64,000 nucleotides of DNA from Okamejei kenojei. Taxonomy: Eukaryota. Each line of letters starts with the position of its first letter. Positions within the stretch are counted from its first letter, which is position 1. Positions 40,780-51,480 of this stretch are shown here, piece by piece. The notes under the pieces are model-generated. The model did not search any database and was not told the DNA's origin. It saw only the letters and a list, made by a program, of their open reading frames with translations. Location of the stretch: contig CM069157.1 of assembly GCA_035221665.1 (NCBI GenBank), positions 12,710,001 through 12,774,000 of the forward strand, written 5' to 3'. The translations under genes were made by a program, and so were the position numbers.

Positions 40780-41250
40780 TCCTGCCCCCGCCCGGATCCT
40801 GCATTTGTCATGCAAACTCACCGAGTGTCTGCCGCCTGCAGCTCGCGATCCGTCCGTACCCAGACAGAGAGCTTGCCGAGTCACAGCAAAGCCCAAGGCC
40901 CCGCCTGCTCCATTCATCGCCATGACAGATGTGAGGAGCTTCACCCCTCACTTCAACCTCCTCCCTCCCTTCGCCACACTCTTTCCACGCCCCTGCCCTC
41001 CCCCCCCTCTCCCCCTCCTGCCCGCGCGGCGAAGCCGTGATTGCCGCGGCACATCGCGCGCACCAGGCTGCCGCTGGAGTCGGCACGAGCCCGAGCCTGA
41101 GCCCGGGGCCCACGCGCGCGCGGGCTGCTGTCCATCACTCACCCCCCCCCAATAGAGCACCGTGTCCTGGGCGCTTGGTCTTGTCCAAATGTTCATAAAG
41201 CGGTCGGCACACACAGAGCGCTGAACGCGTGCACGAACACGCGGCACGCC
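40780..41250 (-). promoter_or_regulatory. CpG island / promoter and non-coding first exon of HMBOX1-like gene (donor after 40822)
   Basis: Sharp GC/CpG rise; minus-strand CTCG|GTGAGT donor at 40822/40821; orientation fits the gene; TSS not determinable. Confidence 0.65.
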
Positions 41251-41299
41251 CACTGTCAAGTCCTCCCGCACGGGGTGTGCCCGCGCCTCCCCCCCCGCC

Positions 41300-42370
41300 G
41301 GGTTCCCTTGTCAGTCACTCTAACATTCCCTCCGAGCACCGGTGGCTGGCACGGCCGGGGGCCGCTGATGTCTGGTCCTCTCGAGTCACGTGCACGGCGG
41401 GACAAAGGGGCCTGGGAGGTCCGAAAGACCAGTGCGGGCGGTTCCTGTCAGTCTCTCCCAGACCGAGCGAGCGCGGTGGGGGGGGAAAAGGCACTCTGTC
41501 GAAAGGCGGGGGGGGGCCGACCGATGCGTGGCACGGCGGCCACTTGGTCAGTCCGGAGCGCCGCCGTACACGGCGGCACGCTGTCTGTCAGAAACTGTGT
41601 TGGGTAGGTCGCGCACACGTGCCGCCAGTAGACCACAGTCACTCCGAGCTACCGTGCACGGCGGCCACCTGTCAGTCCGAGCACCGTGCACCCGGCGGCC
41701 CACTGTCAGTTCCGAGCACCGTGCACGGGCGAGCCACTGGCAGTCCGAGAGCGCCGTACACGGCAGGCCGCTGGCACTCTGAGCCCGTGCACGCGCGGCC
41801 ACTGTCCACGCATCGATCCGAGCACCGTCACGGCGGCCACTGTCACTCCACGCCTAGCACCGTGCCCCGGACGGCCCCTGTCATGTCCGGATCGCCGGAT
41901 GCACGGCGGCCGCTGTCCACTCTGAGCGCCCGTCGCACGGCGCCATGTCATCTGGCTCGAGCGCCGTGCACGGCGGCCGCTGTCACTCCGAGCACCGTGC
42001 ACGGCAGCCACTGTCACTCTGAGCACCGTGCACGGCATCCACTGTCACTCTAAGCGCCGTGCACGGCATCCACTGTCACTCTAAGCGCCGTGCACGGCGC
42101 CCGCTGTAACTGAGCACCGTGCACGGCGCCCGCTGTAACTGAGCACCGTGCACGGCGGCCGCTGTAACTGAGCACCGTGCACGGCGGCCGCTGTCACTGA
42201 GCGCCGTGCACGGCATCCACTGTCACTGAGCGCCGTGCACGGCATCCACTGTCACTGAGCGCCGTGCACGGTAGCCACTGTCACTGAGCGCCGTGCACGG
42301 CAGCCACTGTCAGTCGGAGCGCGCTGCACGACAGCAGTTGTCAATCAGTCCGAGAGCCGTGCATGGCGCC
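41300..42370. repeat. CpG-rich minisatellite, 29/31-bp unit GAGCRCCGTGCACGGCNNCCRCTGTCACT(CT)
   Basis: Clean units at ~41960-42310, progressively degenerate leftwards; about two dozen units recognisable from 41640. Confidence 0.92.
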
Positions 42371-42871
42371 CCGTGCTCGCCCCCGAGTGATTGTCCAATT
42401 AATGCTTTGCAAAGAATCATTCAACACAAACATCAGCATTTGGCAATCTTCAATTTATTTAAAATTCCTTATACCAGAGTCAATTTATTTTAAATTCCTT
42501 ATAACATAGCTGCCAAGTCTCAGTCGTTGCTTAAATAAGCAATAGACAACAGTTGCAGGAGTAGGCCATTCGGCCCTTCAAGCAAGCACCGCCATTCAAT
42601 GTGATCATGGCTGATCATCCACAATCAGTACCCCGTTCCTGCCTTCTCACCAAATCCCTTGCCTCCACTATCTTTGAGAGCTCTATCTAACTCTCTCTTG
42701 AAAGCATCTAGAGAATTGGCCTCCACTGCCTTCTGTGGTACAGATTCACAATTCTCTGGGTGAAAAAGTTTTTCCTCGTCTCCGTTCTAAATGGCTTACC
42801 CCTTACTCTTAAACTGTAGCCCCTGGTTCTGGACTTCCCCCAACATCGGGAAATGTTTCCTGCCCCTAGCG

Positions 42872-43192
42872 TGTTGGGGGAGTCCAGTACCAGGGGCCAC
42901 AGTTTAAGAATAAGGGGTAAGCCATTTAGAACGGAGACGAGTAAACACTTTTTCTCACAGAAAGTTGTGAGTGGGTGTGGAATTCTCTGCCTCAAAGGGC
43001 AGCGGAGGCAGGTTCTCTGGATGCTTTCAAGAGAGAGCTGGATAGGGCTCTTAAAGATTGCAGAGTCAGGCGATATGGGGAAAAGGCAGGAACAGGGTAC
43101 TGATTGGGGATGATCAGCCATGATCACATTGAATGGTAGTGCAGGCTTGAAGGGCTGAATGGCCTACTCCTGCACCTATTGTCTACTGTCTA
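42872..43192 (+). mobile_element. Second CR1 3' fragment inserted in inverted orientation
   Basis: LGESSTRGHSLRIRGKPFRTE, 3' UTR and 'ctattgtcta' tail on plus strand; host element resumes at ~43195. Confidence 0.85.
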
Positions 43193-44273
43193 TTATCCAA
43201 TCCCATAATAATCTTATATGTTTCAATAAGATCCCTTCCCATCCTTCTAAATTCCAGAGTATACAAGCCCAGCCACTCCATTCTATCAACATATGGCAGT
43301 CCCGTCATCCCGGGAATTAACCGTGTGAACCTACGCTGCACTCCCTCAAGAGCAAGAATGTCCTTCCTCAAATTTGGAGACCAAAACTGCACACAATACT
43401 CCAGGTGTGGTCTCACTAGGGCCCTGTACAGCTGCAGAAGGACCTCTTTGCTCCTATACTCAACTCCTCTCAATATGAAGGCCAACATGACATTAGCTTT
43501 CTTCACTGCCTGCTGTACCTACATGCCTACTTTCAGTGACTGATGAACAAGGACCCCCCAGATCTCGTTGTACTTCCCTTTTTCCCAACTTGACACCATT
43601 CAGATAATAATCTGCCTTCCTGTATTTGCCACCATCGTGGATAACCTCACACTCATCCACATTAAACTGCATCTGCCATGCATCTGCCCACTCACCCAAC
43701 CTGTCCAAGTCACTCTGCATCCTTATTGCATCCTCCTCACAGTTCACACTGCCACCCAGCTTTGTGTCATCTGCAAAGTTGCTAATGTTACTTTTAATCC
43801 TGTCATCTAAATCATTAATGTATATTGTAAACAGCTGCGGTCCCAGCACTGAGCCTTGCATTACCCCGCTAGTCACTGCCTGTCATTCTGAAAGGGACCC
43901 GTTAATCCCTACTCTTTGTTTCCTGTCTGCCAACTAATTTTCTATCCATGTCAGTACCCTACCCCCAATACCATGTGCTCTAATTTTGCCCACTAATCTC
44001 CTATGTGGGAAAGTCCAGGTACACTATATCCACTGGCTCTCCCTTGTCCATTTTTCTAGTTACATCCTCAAAAAATTCCAGAACATTAGTCAAGCATGAT
44101 TTCCCCTTCGTAAATCCATGCTGACTTGGACCGATCCTGTTACTGCTATCCAAATGTGCCGCTATTTCATCTTTTATAAGATTCCAGCAGCTTCCCCACC
44201 ACCGATGTCAGGCTAACTGGTCTATAATTCCCTGTTTTCCCTATCCCACCTTTCTTAAAAAGTGGGATAACAT

Positions 44274-44556
44274 GTGGGCAGTCACGGTAATGCAGTGGTA
44301 GAGTTGTTGCCTTACAGTGAATGCAGCGCCGGAGACCCGGTTTTGATCTCGATTACGGGTGCTGTCTGTACATGTTTGTACGTTCTTCCCGTGGCCAGAG
44401 TGGGTTTTCTCCGAGATCTTCGGTTTCCTCCCACATTCCAAATATGTACAGGTTTGTAGGTTAATTGGCTTGATAAATGTAAAAACTTTTTTTTTAATCG
44501 TCCAGTATAAAATTGCCCAATGGACTCGTCGGAAGTGATGACCGCAAGGTACAAGG
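44274..44556 (+). mobile_element. V-SINE (HE1-like) nested in CR1
   Basis: tRNA-like head (gcagtggtagagttgttgcc, ggttttgatc), V-domain ggtttcctcccacattccaaa; ACAT repeated at both junctions. Confidence 0.85.
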
Positions 44557-46384
44557 TACATTAGCTACCCTCCAATCCACAGGAATGGATCCTGAATCTA
44601 TAGAACATTGGAAAATGGTCACCAATGCATCCACGATTTCTAGAGCCACTTCCTTAAGTACCCTGTGATGCAGACCATCAGTCCCTGGGGATTTATCAGC
44701 CTTCAGTCCCATCATTCTACCCAACACCATTTCTTGCCTATTGTGAATTTCCTTCAATTCCTCCATCACCCTAGGTCCTCTGGCCACTAGTGCATTTGGG
44801 AGATTGTTTGTGTCTTCCTTAGTGAAGATGGATCCAAAGTACCTGTTCAACTCATCTGCCATTTCCTTGTTCCCCATAATAAATTCATCTGTTTCTGTCT
44901 TCAAGGGTCCAACTTTGGTCTTAACCATTTTTTCCCTCTTCACATACCTAAAGAAGCTTTTACTATCCTCCTTTATATTCTAGCTAGCTTACCTTCGTAC
45001 CTCATCTTTTCTCCCCGTATAGCCTTTTTAGTTATCTTCTGTTGCTCTTTAAAAGTTTCTCAATTTGGCGTCCCGCTCATCTTTGCTTTGTTATACTTCT
45101 TCTCTTTTATTTTTATACTGTTCTTGACTTCCCTTATCAGCCACGTTCGCCCCTTACTCCCCTTAGAATCTTTCTTCCTCTTTGGAATGAACTGATCCTG
45201 CGCCTTCTGTATTATTCCCAGAAATACCTGCCATTGTTGTTCCACTGTCATTCCTGTTAGGGTATGTTTCCAGTCAACTTTGGCCCGCTCCTCCCTCATG
45301 GCTCCATAGTCTCCTTTGTTCAACTGTAATACTGACACTTCCAATTTTCCCTTCTCCCTCTCAAATGATTTTGGCCCGAAACGTTGCATATTTCCTTCGC
45401 TCCATAGATGCTGCCGCACCCGCTGAGTTTCTCCACCATTTTTGTCTACCTTTATTACTGAGGGAACTAAACTTCAGCTTTAAAAAACAACGTTATTAGG
45501 ACAGCCAAGAGTTTATTTATATTACCCTGAGTACTGATAAAATAATGTATGGAATTGAACCCTGTCTACTGGGTTTCTCTATTTGAGTCCCTCCCCCAAC
45601 CGTTCTAGTTTAAAGTCCCCCCGGTAGCCTTTGCAAATTTCCAAAAATTGCAAATACTAGTCCCACCTGCCCGTGTGTATCCCATAACCCTCCAAACCTT
45701 TCCTCCCCATATAGCTGCCCAAATGCCTTTTAAATGTTGTTATAATACCTACCTCAACTACTCTGGCAGCTCATTTCCATATATCCACCACCCTCTGTGT
45801 GAAAACATTGCCCTTCAGGTTCCTATTAAATCTTTCACCTCTCACCTTAAATTTATCACAAAAAAATGCAAACCTAATAGCAGAGGACTCTGTAAAATGT
45901 CAACAACTGTCAATGGCAGTTGGATGGCAATGGCAATGGTTCAGAAGCTTTTAGTAGCTGGAGCAATTTGTTCTTGCTAAAGTTAATACATTCATTCAGA
46001 TAACAGTATTTCTTGGGCTCAGTTGACTCAATTTTCCCTGAGGCAAATTTTCCTTAGCAAACACATCTCACAAACCAAGTGGTTTATGATGAGTCTGCAT
46101 TTACAGGTTACAGTGGCATTGATCAGATATGTTATGTGCTCTTAAGATTGAAAATTAGGTGCCAGGCACACATAACAATGTAGTGATATCAATTTCACCA
46201 TTCCCATTATCTTTAATCCTTGATCGCAGTGTACTTTGATGAGTTTCTGTAAACCCTAGTACAGTACACCAATAGAACTGAGTGTCTGAATCAATGTTTG
46301 TATAATTCTGTTTGTCAAGTCTTGATTTTATGCACAGCTGAAGTTCATTGTTATTCAGATGAACATTTGCACAAACTACAATAA

Positions 46385-47100
46385 AAAACAGAATGCTAGA
46401 AGAACTATGCAGGTCAAACAGTATCTATGGATGCAAATGTATGTCAAAGCTTCGGCTCAGGACCCTGCATCAGGAGTTAGAGGGTAAAGGAAAGATTACC
46501 ACTATATAGCACTATGAAGGAGGATGGGATAGAGGCTGTTTGGTGATATTTGAAACTGGATGGAGAAGGGGTATTGGACAGATGGAGTCAAGTAGGAGGG
46601 TAGGGAGTGGGAAAAAGCCTGGTAGGGGATAAGTAGAACCAGGTGGCGAGGGTATCATGGACAGATGGAGGCAGATGGAGGGGAGAGGGTGGTATGAAGT
46701 GATAAGAGGAACCAGATAGGGATGGGGATCAGGAGCAGAAGGGGACAGGCCATGTGAGAGGTGATCAAAGAGAAAAACAAATAGTTGGGTATATGCATAT
46801 GTGTGGGAGAACCAACAGTGTGGGTTAGCTGAAATTGAAACATACAATGTTTATATCAGTGGGTTGTAAGCCACCTAGGCAGAATATAAGATGTTCTTCG
46901 AAATTGCAGTTGGCCTCTCTGCAGTAACGGGGAAGACAGAGGATAGACAGGGTGGTTCAGGAATGGGAAGGAGAGTTAAAATGACATGCAACATTACAGA
47001 TGGAGCGGGGGAACTCTGCAAAGCAGAGACCTTGTCTATACTTGGTTTCACTAATGTGAAATGGTGGGCATTGAATGCAGTGAACAGGTTGCAAAAGGTT
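46385..47100 (-). mobile_element. Old Penelope 3' fragment with degenerate terminal repeat
   Basis: Same layout as 55268-56460: terminal repeat, purine-rich spacer, then decayed endonuclease C-terminus (gggttgtaagccacctaggcagaatataag). Confidence 0.6.
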
Positions 47101-48300
47101 GTGTGGCTGTCCTATGAGAATTACATTGTCAGAGATTATAGATTTTTACATGCGGCATTAAACTTAGATCTCATTGATTTTCTCACTTAGACATAAAATA
47201 ATTTACGGTGTTATTCTGAAGAACTTAAAATGAACTTTTTTTCTCATATTCCCAGTTCTGACAAAGGGTTTTCAAACTGAAAGGTTGAGTCTATTACAGA
47301 CTCACATATGCTGCCTGACACACTATTTCCAACAATTTATGATTTAATATAAGCCAAACACAAAGATTTGTATTCAATACATTTATAGGATGAGAACATC
47401 AGTGGCAATACGCAGCACTTAATATTCATTACAAATTACCCATGAGCCTGCAGTGACAAGCTCCCTTCCTCTACCACTGCAGTCCTTCACTGATTGAAAT
47501 AAAGTTCCAAGATTATGACCTAGTGGTGATGTAGGAAGGATATTTCTAAGGAAAGACACAAAATGCTGGAGTAAGCCAGCGAGTCCGGCAGCATCCCTAG
47601 AGGACATGGATAGGTGACATTTCGGGTCAGGACCTTTCTTCTCACTGATTGCAGGGGTGAGGGGAAGAACGCTAGAAGAGTTATATATATATATTTCCAA
47701 GTCAGGTTTGCCTGTGAATTGGAGGTGAATCTACAGGCTATGGTAAAAATCAAACTGCTGGAGGAACTCAATGGGTCAAGTTGTATTTGTGGAGACAGAG
47801 GGATAGTCTGTGAACCTGAGTCCTGCAAAAGGGTCACAACCTAAAATGTCATCCATTCCTTTGCCTCCACAGAAGGTGTTTGATCTGCTAATTTCCACTA
47901 GTAGTTTGTTTGTTTTTTGCCCCAGATACCAGCATCTACAGTGTCTCATGTTTTTTGTAGTGCTGTTCCTCTATTTCCTTGTCCTTTCTGCTGTGTTTAG
48001 GAACTATTTTCAAAGTAGGCATGTGAGTAACTCAAGTGCAATTTGTAGGTGGAGAACACTGCAGTTACATTGCTCTAGTGTTGGAGAGAGAAAATGTTTA
48101 GGCTGGTGAGCGAAGTGTTAATCAAGTAAGTTTCTTTATTGTGGTTTTTCTTGATCTTTGTTGAGCTGCACTCATTTAAGCAAAAGAAGAGTTTTCATCA
48201 CATGCCTTGTAGATCATTGAAAAGATTCATTGAACCCTACGATGTATAACTTACCACAGAAATCCCAGCCTATGACCTGTCCTTCTTTCCATTTAACTAA

Positions 48301-48863
48301 AGGGGCTGTCCCACTGCGGCGACCTAATCCGCGAGTTCAGACAAGTTTGCCCTCGATTCGCACTCACAGCATGGTCGACACGAGGTCCTAGGAGGTCTTT
48401 GTGACTCTCCTTCATGCTCGAGAGTAGTCCCCGCCTACTCAAGGTCTCAGCTAGGTCACGGCGTTTTTTCAACATGTTGAAAAATGCCCGCGAGTTAAAA
48501 AAAAGGTCGCCATGGAAAAAATCGATACATTTTTTAATCGTAGGTTTAGTCAAAGTAGGTCGTAGTAGGTCGGCATGTTAGTCGTAGGTAATGAAGGGTA
48601 GTCAAAGGTAATCAAAGGTCGTTGAAGGTAGTCTTCAACATAGTCGAAGGGAGGTCGAAGGAGATCGAAGGAGGTCGTCTTCACTCTCGACTATTCGGTG
48701 TCCAATTTTCCTGAAGCTAGTCGAAGCTAGTCTTCAACATAGTCAAAGGAGGTCGAAGAAGGTCTTCTACATAGTCGAAGGAGGTCTTCAACATGACATT
48801 TTTTCAAACTCTCCTAAACCCTTCTAAACTTGCCAATTAGGTCGCCGCAGTGGGACAGCCCCT
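48301..48863. mobile_element. Non-autonomous PIF/Harbinger-type MITE
   Basis: Perfect 28-bp TIR AGGGGCTGTCCCACTGCGGCGACCTAAT; TAA duplication at 48298-48300 and 48864-48866; internal (agtcgaagg)-like short repeats. Confidence 0.9.
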
Positions 48864-49124
48864 TAATGCAGCTAGTCGATTAAGTTACATGTAAGAGGGA
48901 TATCAAGAGGAACTTTTTCACGTGTACCTCAGGAAGCTAGGGAAGAATGTACAGTATGTGATGTTAAGTATGTACAGTATGTGCATCCTAGATTATGCCA
49001 GTGAATTTAATATCCACTACTGGTACATTGCCTCAATTTTTAACTTCCTATCAATATATTCTTAGTCATCCCACCCTCATAACTGAGTGCTTACTCTCTC
49101 GATTTTAGTTTACTAGCATATTAA

Positions 49125-49387
49125 CAGACCCTTCAGCCCACTTGGTCCACGCTGACCATAGATCACCCATTGACCATAGATCGCACTAGTTCTATGTTAT
49201 CGAATTTCCTACAAGCTAGGGCAATTTACAAAGGTCAATTAACCTACAAACTCGCACATCTTTGGGATGTGGAAGGAAACCGGATCATCCGGAGGATCCC
49301 ATGGAGAATGTGCAAACTCCACACAGACAGCAATCGAGGTCAGGATCGAACCAGGGTGTGAGGCGGCAGCTCTACCAGCTGCGCCAC
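49125..49387 (-). mobile_element. V-SINE (HE1-like)
   Basis: Reverse strand gtggcgcagctggtagagctgccgcctcac...ggttcgatcctgacc, with V-domain. Confidence 0.82.
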
Positions 49388-50096
49388 TCAAAGGTGTCGC
49401 GTTATTGCTTCTACTTTTTTAGTATTTTGTCGAGACACATCATCTTAATCTATTTTGGTCATATATCCTTGACTCTCCTATTCTCAAAGCGTATATAACT
49501 TATGTCAGTTTTAACTTGCGGATATTCTCGGTGTCTCGGGCAAACAATTTAATCGGAAGACAATATCCTTGCCTGGAAGACACCCTGATTGATGAAAGAT
49601 ATACGTCGATAGTTGAGCAGATCGCATGACGAAATATAAGGTCGGTAGTTACTAGCGGCACAAGAAAAAAAAACCTTCCGTCCAGCACGAGTGAAGAATG
49701 CGAACACAACTCGCTTCCTCCAAACTCCACACACCCTCCCTCCCTCCCGTCACAAGACCTGTTTCTTCCCTCGTGGCAGATTTTTTCTCCCACCAGTTTA
49801 CAGTTTGTCTACCGGCTACAGCGGTGAGGCGACAGCATCCCAAGGGTGGGTGGGGAGGGAGATGACTTCAGGTGAAGGACATGCCACCAGTGCATCGGTT
49901 GGCCTTTTAAACTGTTTACCACACTGCAGCTGGCAGTACCAACAGCCACGGAAAATATCGGTGCGGCGAGCCTCAAAGTGCTACTGCATTATTTATAAAT
50001 GGCGCCTGTTTGCCCTTCACTGGCATAACGTCATGTCTTGTACGCACAATTGTTCTGCATCTGTAATATCCATGAGCAACTGTCAGCATATGGATG

Positions 50097-50290
50097 TGTA
50101 GGAAGGAACTGCAGATGCTGGTTTGAACCGAAGATCGACACAAAATGCTGGAGTAATTCAGCGAGACAGACAACATCTCTGGAGAGAAGGAATGGGTGAC
50201 GTTTCTGGTTTAGACCCGAAACGTCACCCATTCCATCTCTCCAGAGACGCTGTCTGTCTCGCTGAATTACTCCAGCATTTTGCGTATATT
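50097..50290. repeat. Palindromic Penelope-derived short element
   Basis: About 68-bp near-perfect inverted arms 50141-50208 / 50215-50282. Confidence 0.88.
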
Positions 50291-50984
50291 TTCAGCGTAG
50301 AGGGCTGCTTTACCTTGTTACAATACGCAACCCATATTTCCCCTTCCTTCCTCCTTTGCAAGTTGCATCCACCGTCTCTTTTCTCGGAATCTATCAGAAA
50401 ATCTCACCTTGTGATCCGACTCCCTTCTCTGTAAAGTACCCGAGAAGAATAGCAAGTCAGAACATTCTCAAAATGAACGTTTTTTCCCCCTTTATTAATA
50501 AAACCGTCAGGGGAAACGTTATTAAAGAATGGAAATACAAAACACCACGGATGACTCAGATGGGTTGGAAAAATGCAGTACATATTGTTTAGAGATGGAT
50601 GCTAAGCCTGTTTAATGTCGGAAATATGAACTCGCTGATTAAGTCAGACTAGAGGAGGGGTGGAAGATTGCAACCTTCACGTGGTCCGCCCTGTTTCGAC
50701 TAATGCAATCAACTCGACGTGCACGCAACAGAAGATCAAATAGAACAAGTTAGTTGTCCTACAGCTTTAGGCTGTGCACGCCACACGAAAGAAGAAGAGG
50801 AAAAGAGGAGAGTGAGAAAGGCCAAGGTTGCTACAAGGATCTCGACCCGACACGTCGCCTATCTCCTTCGCTCCTTAGATGATGCTGCTTGCTGCTGCAC
50901 CCGCTGAGTTTCTCCAGCCTTTTGTGTGCCCGAGGTTGCTACACTGTTGGTTACAGTTACCGCAGCCCCTCACACACACACACA

Positions 50985-51480
50985 CACACACGTGATCCTC
51001 GGCGTGACGTATCGTGACTCCTCCCTCCCGGACCACCACCGCCGCTGCCACGTGACCCCTCCCCCTCCCCCTCCCGGACCACCGCGTCACTTCCGGCTGC
51101 GTCAGGCTTGCCCCTCTGCTGTCCGACGGCCGTTGGGCTGCGAGTGTCTGTCGGTGGCGGCCGGTGAGTTGTTGATGTTGTCGACGTCGTGGTGGTGGTC
51201 GTGACTTGAGGAGGGGGGGGATGTGTTTCTTCTATAACTGCGCGGCTGCCTCTGTTGGTCGCTTCGTGTTGAAGCTCCAGGGCCGTGTTGTCGGGGTGAG
51301 CGTTGGCCGTGAGGGAGAGGGAGAGGGCAGCGTCCCGTCATCAAATGCTAGGCTGTCGCCTTGTCCGCAGGCCACACGCCGCGCCTGGGGCCGGGGTTGT
51401 TGGACCGCCGCCCAGCCCCCGCTCCCGGCACCCCCGCTCACGCTGGCACCATTCTGACCCAGCGCTTTATATTCCCGAAT
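50985..51480 (+). promoter_or_regulatory. CpG-island promoter and non-coding first exon of ZNF706-like gene (donor after 51163)
   Basis: E-boxes CACGTG at 50989 and 51049, GCGTCACTTCCGG (CRE-half/ETS) at 51084-51096, CCG|GTGAGT donor at 51163/51164. Confidence 0.75.

Larger units (their letters stand above)
42541..45363 (-). mobile_element. CR1 LINE (about 2.2 kb of ORF2 plus 3' end) with nested insertions
   Basis: ORFs KSPGxDGLHxRVLKEVALEIVDAL, TSGVxQGSVLGPQLFTIYINDLD...FADDTKLGG, LYRALVRPHLEYCVQFWSP; 3' tail at 42541. Confidence 0.93.

Noticed and set aside
41560-42360. Metal-response elements in the minisatellite (TGCACGG)
   Set aside because: Does not match the TGCRCNC consensus at the last position
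41300-42370. CRISPR-like array of ~30-bp palindromic repeats; 274-aa ORF 41229-42053
   Set aside because: Units are contiguous with no unique spacers, there are no cas genes and the context is vertebrate; the ORFs are by-products of a GC-rich repeat
44274-44360. tRNA-like sequences (also near 7500-7560 and 49330-49387)
   Set aside because: These are SINE heads followed by V-domains; no complete cloverleaf
49500-50090. Mildly CpG-rich tract with ORFs and a YY1-like AAATGGCG
   Set aside because: No homology or exon structure that can be supported; may be a promoter-flanking region only
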